64,000 nucleotides of DNA from Ignavibacteria bacterium. GTDB lineage: Bacteria > Bacteroidota > Ignavibacteria > Tepidaquicellales > Tepidaquicellaceae. The stretch lies in contig DATCHW010000016.1 of NCBI GenBank assembly GCA_036508135.1, positions 2,500 through 66,499 of the forward strand, given 5' to 3'. Both the position numbers and the translations under genes were made by a program. A model generated the notes under the pieces. The model was given only the letters and a program-made list of their open reading frames with translations. It was not told where the DNA came from and searched no databases. Every line of letters starts with the position of its first letter. Position 1 is the first letter of the stretch. This document shows, one piece after another, positions 9,748 to 18,060 of this stretch.

Positions 9748-12700
9748 ATGAGCAGTGAAAAATTAGATGATATTATAAAAGACTTTCAAATCGGAAAGTT
9801 TACGCAATTATTCCGTGAAAAAAACAGAGACTTTAAGCCGAGAGAAGAAAACCTCGAGAGATATAATGATGATTTATTTAAAGAAGGTTTGAAACTCGGA
9901 GAAATAATATTTTCAGATACGAACAAATTAATCGTCTGCGGGTTCAAAGTGAAACGGGAACTCTCCGAAAGAAGTTGTAAAAAACTTCAGTATGATAAAT
10001 CCAGAAAAATTTTAAAAGAAGAAAGATACGATTCCGGTATATTTATTTTTTATGATTCTGATGGGAACTTTCGATTCAGTTTAGTATATGCAATTTATCT
10101 TGGGAATAGAAGAGACTGGAACAATTTCAGAAGGTTCACCTATTATGTAAATAAAAAATTAACAAATAAAACATTTTTAAAACAGATAGGCAGTTGTGAT
10201 TTTAGCTCAAACGATAAAATAAAAGGATCTTTTTCTATTACAGCAGTCACAGACCTATTTTACAAAGAATTTTTTGATGAGCATTTCACTAAAATGGTTG
10301 ACTCGCTAATAGAAAAATTCGACCTTGAAGATGAGAAAGCACGAGATTTTGTATTACTTTTTTGTATCAGAATAATATTTATCGGTTTTATTCAAAAGCG
10401 TAAATGGATTGGTAAAGATGAACTTTTTATACTGAATTTTTTTAAAGAATACGAAATAAAATTTTACAGTACCGATAAATTTTACGAGAAGTGGTTAACA
10501 CCTTTGTTTTTCGAGGCATTAAATAATCCTCCCGGACGAAAAGTAGCTTATCAAAACAATGAATTTTCAAAGGAAACTGAGGAATCGCTTCAATTGGCAC
10601 CTTATCTAAATGGAGGTTTATTCAAAAAGAAAACCAGTTTTGATGATGAAAGTTATTACTTGCCCGATAAAGACATAAAAAACTTTTTTGAATTCTTATT
10701 CTCACATAGTTTCACGATTGAAGAAAATTCTTTTGAAGATGAAGACCTACAGTTAAACCCGGAATTTCTCGGAATTATTTTCGAAAGACTGGTAAATAAA
10801 GAAAACGGAGCAGTTTATACTCCCCGGACAGAAGTAGATTTTATGTGCCGTTTAAGTCTTGTAAAATGGCTTGAAAAAAACACTTCGAAGAGCATTCAGA
10901 AAAACAACTTATATGAACTGTTTTTTCGTGAAATCGGAGATGGTAAAGATACTGATGACATTCAAAAGGAGGGAAGTTTTTCAAAGAAAGAAATTGAAGA
11001 AATTATTTCACTTCTTGAAAATATTTCAATATGTGACCCTGCAGTCGGTTCCGGTGCCTTTCTTGTGGGTATGTTATTGATTTTGGATGAAATAATTTTG
11101 AATCTAAAACAAAGAATCGGAGCAAAATATGACGATTCTTTTGAAAGAAAGAAAAATATTATTGCAAATTCTCTTTATGGTGTTGAAGTTCAGGAATGGG
11201 CTGTTTGGATTTGTCAATTAAGGCTTTGGATATCATTATTTATAGATGCTCCGGAAGATATGAAGGATTCTCAAACTGCAATTTTACCAAGCCTCGATTT
11301 TAAAGTAAGACAGGGAGACTCATTAGTACAAAGAATCGGAAGTAAAATGTTCCCTGTTACCGGACATGCTCAATTAACAAAATCTATTAAAGATAAAGTT
11401 ACAAAACTAAAGAATATTAAAGTTGATTATTTCTTAAATAAATCAGACTTTGGAGAATTGATTGTCAAACAAAATGAAAATAAACTTTTTATTGAAATTA
11501 TAAATGAAGAAATTTACGAAATAAAAGATACCCTGAAGAAAAAGAAAGGTAAAGAAAAAGTAGAAAAAATTAATCTCTTTCATTCCGATATATCAGAACA
11601 AGAAGTAATAGAATATAATAAAGAAGAAATATCGGAACTTGAAAATTTGTTAAATGAATTAGAAACTCAAAAAAGTCTTATCACTGAAAATAAACCTTTA
11701 ATTTGGAATATTGAATTTGCAGAGATATTTGTAGAAAAAAATGGTTTTGATCTAATCATCGGAAATCCACCTTATGTTCGCCATGAAGATATTGAAGATC
11801 CGACCGGAAAGATTAAAGATAAAAAAGAATATAAGAGTTTACTCGAAGAAATGGTAAGGATTGATTATCCCGACTATTTCAGACCGAAAATTAAAATTAA
11901 TGCGAAATCGGATTTATATATTTACTTTTATCTCCGCTCATTAAAGTTATTAAATAAAAATGGATATCACTGCTTTATATGTTCAAATTCCTGGCTTGAT
12001 GTAGGATATGGAGCATGGTTTCAAAAATTTCTACTTGATAAAGCTCCAATTGATTTTATTATAGATAATCATTCTAAACGAAGTTTTGAATCTGCTGATA
12101 TCAATACAATAATCAGTTTTATAAATGCACCTCAAAAGCAAGTTACACAAAATCATTATATTAAATTTGTAGCATTTAAAAAACCCTTTGAAGAAACAAT
12201 CTTTACGGAATATTTACTAGATATTGATAATACAAAATCAATTAATAATGGTGAGAATTATAGAGTATATCCGATAACTAATAATGATTTATTATCTTCG
12301 GGAACTGAGTATGATTCAGATGAACAAGAGAAACTTAATATGGGGAAATTTATAGGTGACAAATGGGGTGGAAAATATTTAAGAGCACCATTTTTTATGC
12401 AAAAATATTTTAAATCAGAAAATTTAATAAAATTCAACGATCTAATAGATATTAAATATGGACTCAAGACAGGAAAAGTAAAATTTTTCTATATTAAGGA
12501 TGAAATAATAAAGGAATTTAATATTGAAAAAGAGTTCTATCATCCAATTATAACTACGTCGCAAGACTTAGATACTTTATTTGTTGAATCGAATGAGTTT
12601 TTGTTTAATTCAAATCTTTCAAAATTCAAATTAAAGGGAACAGGGGCATTAGAATATATAAAATATGGAGAGAATAACAATATGAGTATTGGATCATCGG

Positions 12701-13251
12701 TTGAGTCCCACAGACCCTATTGGTATTCTTTGAGTTTCGAAGTTGTTGATATATTATTTTTTAGGTTTTGGGATAAAAGATTCTGGTCACCAATAACAAA
12801 ATACAAAACAACTTGTTCTGATAATTTTTGTTATGGAAATTTCAAAACAAATGAATGGTCGGGTAAATTAATTGTAAACAGTACATTTTATTTTCTTCAA
12901 ATTGAATTATTCGGTAGAGATAATCAAGGACAAGGTGTTTTAACAACATATATGGAATTTGATTATCCCTTTATTAGAATGCCAATATTAAATAATGATG
13001 ATGAAAGATATAAAAGCATTTTATATAATTTAGATAAGAGAAAAATAAAAACGCTTTTTGAAGAATGCGGCATTAATCCCAAATCCGAAATTCCAATAGA
13101 AGAACAAGAGCCAAATCCATTACCTGATAGAGCAGAGCTTGATAAAATAGTATTCGATGCGTTAGAATTGACTGAAGAGGAGAGAAAAGAAGTCTATCGG
13201 GCAGTTTGCCGTCTTGTATGGAACAGAATCAGCAAAGCAAAAAGTGTATGA
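9748..13251 (+). CDS. Eco57I-type (gamma-class) N6-adenine DNA methyltransferase with a large specificity region
   Basis: 1167 aa. AVYTPRTEV, DPAVGSGAFLV (SAM motif I) and IIGNPPYVR (motif IV). The C-terminal ~480 aa contains YGLKTGKVKFFYI, which resembles TaqI-like target-recognition domains. Confidence 0.85.
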   Translation: MSSEKLDDIIKDFQIGKFTQLFREKNRDFKPREENLERYNDDLFKEGLKLGEIIFSDTNKLIVCGFKVKRELSERSCKKLQYDKSRKILKEERYDSGIFIFYDSDGNFRFSLVYAIYLGNRRDWNNFRRFTYYVNKKLTNKTFLKQIGSCDFSSNDKIKGSFSITAVTDLFYKEFFDEHFTKMVDSLIEKFDLEDEKARDFVLLFCIRIIFIGFIQKRKWIGKDELFILNFFKEYEIKFYSTDKFYEKWLTPLFFEALNNPPGRKVAYQNNEFSKETEESLQLAPYLNGGLFKKKTSFDDESYYLPDKDIKNFFEFLFSHSFTIEENSFEDEDLQLNPEFLGIIFERLVNKENGAVYTPRTEVDFMCRLSLVKWLEKNTSKSIQKNNLYELFFREIGDGKDTDDIQKEGSFSKKEIEEIISLLENISICDPAVGSGAFLVGMLLILDEIILNLKQRIGAKYDDSFERKKNIIANSLYGVEVQEWAVWICQLRLWISLFIDAPEDMKDSQTAILPSLDFKVRQGDSLVQRIGSKMFPVTGHAQLTKSIKDKVTKLKNIKVDYFLNKSDFGELIVKQNENKLFIEIINEEIYEIKDTLKKKKGKEKVEKINLFHSDISEQEVIEYNKEEISELENLLNELETQKSLITENKPLIWNIEFAEIFVEKNGFDLIIGNPPYVRHEDIEDPTGKIKDKKEYKSLLEEMVRIDYPDYFRPKIKINAKSDLYIYFYLRSLKLLNKNGYHCFICSNSWLDVGYGAWFQKFLLDKAPIDFIIDNHSKRSFESADINTIISFINAPQKQVTQNHYIKFVAFKKPFEETIFTEYLLDIDNTKSINNGENYRVYPITNNDLLSSGTEYDSDEQEKLNMGKFIGDKWGGKYLRAPFFMQKYFKSENLIKFNDLIDIKYGLKTGKVKFFYIKDEIIKEFNIEKEFYHPIITTSQDLDTLFVESNEFLFNSNLSKFKLKGTGALEYIKYGENNNMSIGSSVESHRPYWYSLSFEVVDILFFRFWDKRFWSPITKYKTTCSDNFCYGNFKTNEWSGKLIVNSTFYFLQIELFGRDNQGQGVLTTYMEFDYPFIRMPILNNDDERYKSILYNLDKRKIKTLFEECGINPKSEIPIEEQEPNPLPDRAELDKIVFDALELTEEERKEVYRAVCRLVWNRISKAKSV

Positions 13252-13332
13252 TTTTTATTAGAACAATAATAAATTTATTAAATAATTATTCAATCTTTAA
13301 TCAAACCAAAATATGAATCTTTGATTTTTGTG

Positions 13333-13500
13333 TTTCGAGGATATAAAGTAATGGTAGATATAGATCTTGCTGTTTTGTATGGAACTGAAACAAAAAAATT
13401 AAAGCATAAAATAAAACGAAACATAAAAAAGATTTCCATCGGATTTTATGTTTGAGTTAAATGCTAAAGAAAGAAGTGAACTGGTCACAAATTGGAACTT
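13333..13500 (+). pseudogene. ORF6N/KilA-N-type domain gene remnant (frameshifted and 3'-truncated)
   Basis: Two frames give FRGYKVMVDIDLAVLYGTETKKLKHKIKRNIK, then (shift in an A-run) KRFPSDFMFELNAKERSELVTNWN. This is the N-terminal signature of ORF6N-domain proteins. The rest of the gene is missing. Confidence 0.55.
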
Positions 13501-13904
13501 TTTCTTATTCTGTCCGGATTTTTCCAACAGAATAAAAAACGAGTGAAATATTTACTTAATTCCTATAATTTTGAGCGAACGAAATAAATGAAATAATCTT
13601 TCACGCACCGAATTGACAACCAATTGCTCTTATCCGAGTAGCTGCTTGGTCACAGTTGGGCTGTCGTGTCGGTGGCGGTAAAGCACTATCACCAATAATA
13701 GAATACAAAACTTATTCTTTTTCTTTTACGACCAAAATTTATTTATTAAAAAGAAGGTTGGTGTAATTCAGGCTATGGAGAAGTGGAGTATAGTCAGTAT
13801 AGTTAGGCGGAAATAGAGTATAGAGTTAAATCGCTATTTAGGAGCCGAAACTTCTAATTTGTAAGATGGGATCCACAGTTACAGAGGCTCCCTCTTCAGC
13901 CAAA

Positions 13905-13942
13905 CCTCTCAAAAATCAGACGACTGAGGGGCTTTTTGTTTT
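13905..13942 (+). terminator. Possible rho-independent terminator
   Basis: CCTCTCA-N13-TGAGGGG (one G:T pair) followed by CTTTTTGTTTT. Confidence 0.3.
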
Positions 13943-13962
13943 ATGTGAAATTATTCTTAACT

Positions 13963-16602
13963 CTACCAGCTTTTTGAAAACGTTGCCCTGAATATTATAT
14001 CATTATTATCACCTTCTGCGAATACTTTTTCCCTGAAAAAATTCTTTATAACACTAACCGATAAGTTCCCGATATTGTAAACAGGAATGGTTGAATTGAA
14101 AGATAAAACCGTATTCGTATTTAATCCTGAAGTTCTTTGATAGCTGATCGATAATGTATTATTCCATTTATCGAACAATGTGAGGCTGCTGCTTAAATCA
14201 TAAGAATATATATTTGCCGGGGCAAGTGAATCCGTCAGAACTGAGTTGATAGAAGTAATATTAACTCCTGCCGAGATACTAAATGGTGATTCAAATGAAA
14301 CGGTTTCATTTAGAAGAAAATTATATATAGTATAATCGCCCAACCTCTTTTGTGATTGGTTAGTCTGTCTTGATAATGAAGCCATAGTACCAAGAGTATA
14401 TTTATTTACAGGAATATTGATACCTGTGGTTAAAGAAAACGCGGAAGCGAAGTTATCGATTTTTAATGAATCAATTACTGCGTCATTTTTTTCCGAGTAC
14501 GGTGTGTAATTTACTATCAGATAAGGCAGTTTATCAAGGAACATACTTAAAGCAAAATCATATCTGTTTTTATCCATTGAAGTTTTTTCACTTCTCAGTC
14601 TTTCGGTTGATAATTTCAGGTTAATCTTCTTATCGGCAAAATATTGCTCTATTCCGATAGTGAATCCTTTTACTCCATTAGTAAAAGACGGCGCTCCCAG
14701 AGAAGAATATCCAAGCCCGATATATTTATATCCGCCTTTAAGTTTTGTATTTGATTCGGGAATATTGACAACTGATTCAATATTATACATTAAATCAAAA
14801 TGCGTTCCCATTTTAACGCTTAACAGATTTTTGGCAAAACCGGGAATGTCATCGCTTACTAAATCCGGCGCTCTTAGGTCGTCAGTAATAACCGAGCCTG
14901 AAAACTCTCCTTTTACCACAACCCTGTCTTTAAATAATCTCAGCTTTCCATCTGTACCTAGTATCACATTTTCCATAGGCGACATACTTGAAGTTACTTT
15001 CAGTGTATCATTCAAATCCAGCGAATTAATATTATCTTTTGCCTTCATAAATGTAATATGAAAATGAGAATTATCTTTCCCGCCAATTCCAATTTTTCCT
15101 GCAAAAAGTTGTCGCGCAAAGTTTACGGAATCAATTGCATCAAGATTTTTTATTCCTGAAACGGCTAAATATAATAAACCGGTTGTATATTCAAGGTCGA
15201 GACCTGTTACTTTTGTTCCGTTCAATATATATTTTGAATAACTCGGATATGTTTCGCCGATACCAAGCGTATTAAAACTTGAAAAAAACTTTAATAATCC
15301 GCTTACGCTATTCCCTGCCTTATCTTTTGCGTTATTTATTTCTTCCTGAGTTTTATCTTTTAATTTTTGTTCTATTTCGGTTTTCTTTTCTTCAATTTTT
15401 TGTGTTACAATTTCCTTAAGTTTTGCCGGGTCAAACAGCAAAGCAAAACTGTTGATGTTTTGCTTGAATTCCTGCTGCTGCGTATCGTAATAAAAATTAA
15501 ACGTGAAAGGCAGATCGTATATGGAAACTGTCGGGTCAAACTGAACGCTTAATAAATTTCTCGGAATTTGCGAACCGGTTTTTTGTCTGTCCGTAAATTT
15601 ACCCGATACATTATAGCTTCCCGAGAATTTAAAAGGAGATTTTCCTTGAATTTCACTGAAATCAATTAACGGCGGTGAGATTAAATTCAAATTCTTGGTT
15701 TCACTCAATCCACTAAAACCGCCGATGCCCGATTTTTGTTTTATAAGGTCGGGTAAATTAATGAATGTTTTCTTGTCCTCTTGAAATGTTTTTATGTTTT
15801 TTTCATTAATATCTTTGGACGATAGTGTTCTTCCGTTATACGAGAACTCCCTCACTTCACTTTCTGATAGCAGGCTTCCGTTCAGATATGTTTTCACTCT
15901 CCATGCATATCTCCTTCCGTTTTCCAATGGTAAAGCCGCAATAGGATATTGAAAAAGTCCTGTCATTATATTTTTCTTGAAGTATATATATGGATTAGCC
16001 GTCATCGCATAGTAAGCAGTCTGCCTTTCAAGTATTTCGACAATATTGATTTCGTATGTAACATTATTTCCCGGAGTGATAGGTGATGGCGGCATCCAGT
16101 TAAAAATTGGGAGCATCGTTTTTATTTCGTCCTTATCCTGGGGCGAAATTAATTCACCTTTCACTGTCTGTAATACTTCGAAATCATTACAATACTCTGA
16201 AAGTAAAGTATTGGTTCCTTTGGAATAAACATATATGCAGATATTATATCTTCCTGACGGAAGCGAGCCGGTGGTTTTGAAATTATCATCTACTTCAGTT
16301 GAATATTTTTTCAAATCAATCGGGGAAATAGAAGCTGCGTTTATTAATTTCGGTACTAAAGTAGTCTGCAGTGTGAAACTCGAAGAGGTTGCCTCGACAA
16401 GCATTGTATTGTTTTTTTTGACAATCGCTTTAAGGTAGATATCAATAGCACTGCCTGAATTTGTCAAGCTCACTTTCCAGAGGTCTGAGGCGTTGAACCG
16501 GAACGGCGGCGGCGGATGTAATATAGCCGTAACTTGGGAGTACGATATATTTGAAAAGAACAATAATGCAAACAGAGTTAAAACTATTTTATAGGTTTTC
16601 AT
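13963..16602 (-). CDS. Secreted protein: shared N-terminal module plus putative outer-membrane beta-barrel
   Basis: The long ORF is 13963..16629; the likely start is MKTYKIV.. (signal peptide). The N-terminus is a diverged copy of the module found in the two upstream genes (..LISPQDKDEI...FNW...TYEINIVE...FQYP...GRRYAWRVK). The C-terminal ~600 aa is strand-rich and ends ..ATFSKSW. Confidence 0.75.
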   Translation of the reverse strand: MKTYKIVLTLFALLFFSNISYSQVTAILHPPPPFRFNASDLWKVSLTNSGSAIDIYLKAIVKKNNTMLVEATSSSFTLQTTLVPKLINAASISPIDLKKYSTEVDDNFKTTGSLPSGRYNICIYVYSKGTNTLLSEYCNDFEVLQTVKGELISPQDKDEIKTMLPIFNWMPPSPITPGNNVTYEINIVEILERQTAYYAMTANPYIYFKKNIMTGLFQYPIAALPLENGRRYAWRVKTYLNGSLLSESEVREFSYNGRTLSSKDINEKNIKTFQEDKKTFINLPDLIKQKSGIGGFSGLSETKNLNLISPPLIDFSEIQGKSPFKFSGSYNVSGKFTDRQKTGSQIPRNLLSVQFDPTVSIYDLPFTFNFYYDTQQQEFKQNINSFALLFDPAKLKEIVTQKIEEKKTEIEQKLKDKTQEEINNAKDKAGNSVSGLLKFFSSFNTLGIGETYPSYSKYILNGTKVTGLDLEYTTGLLYLAVSGIKNLDAIDSVNFARQLFAGKIGIGGKDNSHFHITFMKAKDNINSLDLNDTLKVTSSMSPMENVILGTDGKLRLFKDRVVVKGEFSGSVITDDLRAPDLVSDDIPGFAKNLLSVKMGTHFDLMYNIESVVNIPESNTKLKGGYKYIGLGYSSLGAPSFTNGVKGFTIGIEQYFADKKINLKLSTERLRSEKTSMDKNRYDFALSMFLDKLPYLIVNYTPYSEKNDAVIDSLKIDNFASAFSLTTGINIPVNKYTLGTMASLSRQTNQSQKRLGDYTIYNFLLNETVSFESPFSISAGVNITSINSVLTDSLAPANIYSYDLSSSLTLFDKWNNTLSISYQRTSGLNTNTVLSFNSTIPVYNIGNLSVSVIKNFFREKVFAEGDNNDIIFRATFSKSW

Positions 16603-16640
16603 TTTTAAAATTTTAATTATTAATATCATTTATATTGTTT

Positions 16641-18014
16641 CTATTTTACCAAAACAGGCCAAACTACTTGAACTGTGTCTTTACAGATTACTCTCCCATC
16701 CTTATTAAGCCATTCATAAATTACTACAATCGGTTCTGATGAGGAATTTTCAAAAGTAATACTTCCTAAATCGGTTAAGCCAATAGGAATATCGCCTGAA
16801 TTGTTTGTCCACTTTATTCCTGATGAACCCGGAGGGAATTTAGATGGTGTTCGTTTCCAGCCATCCGGTACATCGGAGGCTGATATGATTTTAGTATTTG
16901 CAGTAATTGTAAAACTTACAGGTCTATTTGCAGGTAAACCGCTATAATTATTGGTGATGCTAATGTCATAGTCTTTAATATCTATAGAGATTCTCATTTT
17001 CTCGTCGCCTTTGTTGAGGGCTGTATCTCCCTCTCTTGTGCCGGGTGAGATTTTCATTTTCTCGTTGCCTTTGTTGAGGGCTGTATCTCCCTCTCTTGTG
17101 CCGGGTGAGATTTTTCTTTTCTCGTCGCCTTTATTGAGAGCTGTATCTCCCTCTCTTGTTCCGGGGGAGATTTTCCTTTTCTCGTCTCCTTTATTATTTT
17201 GCACAATATTAAATTTGAAATCCTTACATGTAATTTCCTGCGCGATTAAAAAATTTCCCCATCTGTCAAATATACTCATCGTGCTCTGTAAATCTCCGAT
17301 TTTAACCAGCCATACATATTTCTTTCCGGTTTCAAATTTCGGAGCAGACGCGGGATACTGGAAAAGTGTCGGCGAAATTCCTTCCTTTTCGAAGAATGCT
17401 TTATTTCTTTTAATTGCTTCATCGGGAGATTGACTCTCTTTTAATTCCACGATTCTTAACGTATATGTCTGGTTTGAGCCCGGTGCTTTCGTATGCATCC
17501 ACGTAAATACGGGATTATCAATTCTCAATTCCTCTTCATCTCTCGGAGAAATAAGCTGAGGTGCATCTCCGCCTGTTATTTTCTGGTCGAAGCAGTCTTC
17601 TCCTGCAACTGAGTTATTTGTATATCTGAGTTCACAGCATATTTTATAATCTCCCGGAGGCGCCCCCCCTGTATTCATAAAAGATTGTTTATACTTAGGG
17701 TCTTTTGCCAGATAACTCACGTCGGGTATTTTCGGTAAATCGGATACCTTGAAATTAGTTGTGCCTTTTTTAACCACGAATGTCATCGTCTGACCTGTAG
17801 CTATCAGCTCGCTGTTTTCGTTGTTTGTCATTGAGCCGTAAAGGTAAGCTGTGAAAGTTTCACCGGTGTTTATAATTGTTGCGTTCCATAAATCAGCCGC
17901 TCTCAATTGATTTAACGGAGCACGTTTCATTCTGAATGTAACCTGAGCAAATAATGAACCCGAAGTTGATACGAGAATAATTACTGCGATAAATAATTTA
18001 ATATATTTTTTCAT
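16641..18014 (-). CDS. Secreted protein, paralogue of the N-terminus of the 1686-aa giant, with a 20-aa tandem-repeat linker
   Basis: 457 aa with a signal peptide. The first ~250 aa are nearly identical to 18061..23121. Then (GDEKRKISPGTREGDTALNK) x3.5. The C-terminal domain resembles one module of the giant protein. Confidence 0.85.
   Translation of the reverse strand: MKKYIKLFIAVIILVSTSGSLFAQVTFRMKRAPLNQLRAADLWNATIINTGETFTAYLYGSMTNNENSELIATGQTMTFVVKKGTTNFKVSDLPKIPDVSYLAKDPKYKQSFMNTGGAPPGDYKICCELRYTNNSVAGEDCFDQKITGGDAPQLISPRDEEELRIDNPVFTWMHTKAPGSNQTYTLRIVELKESQSPDEAIKRNKAFFEKEGISPTLFQYPASAPKFETGKKYVWLVKIGDLQSTMSIFDRWGNFLIAQEITCKDFKFNIVQNNKGDEKRKISPGTREGDTALNKGDEKRKISPGTREGDTALNKGNEKMKISPGTREGDTALNKGDEKMRISIDIKDYDISITNNYSGLPANRPVSFTITANTKIISASDVPDGWKRTPSKFPPGSSGIKWTNNSGDIPIGLTDLGSITFENSSSEPIVVIYEWLNKDGRVICKDTVQVVWPVLVK
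16986..17195. repeat. 60-bp tandem repeat, ~3.5 copies, in-frame inside 16641..18014
   Basis: Consecutive 60-nt sequence lines 16981-17200 are in perfect register (..ctcgtcgcctttgttgagggctgtatctccctctcttgtgccgggtgaga..). Confidence 0.95.
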
Positions 18015-18060
18015 AATCTTAATTTTGTTTTTCTCTGTTTAGACTCATAGTTTCAAATAT

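Noticed and set aside
5209-13251. Labelling the helicase/methyltransferase cluster as DISARM or BREX
   Set aside because: The core DISARM genes (DrmA helicase, DUF1998 DrmB) and the core BREX genes (PglZ, BrxC, BrxL) are absent. Only generic domain classes are shared.
17011-17433. 140-aa plus-strand ORF with repeated RAVSPSLVPGEIF
   Set aside because: It is the antisense reading of the 60-bp tandem repeat inside 16641..18014.
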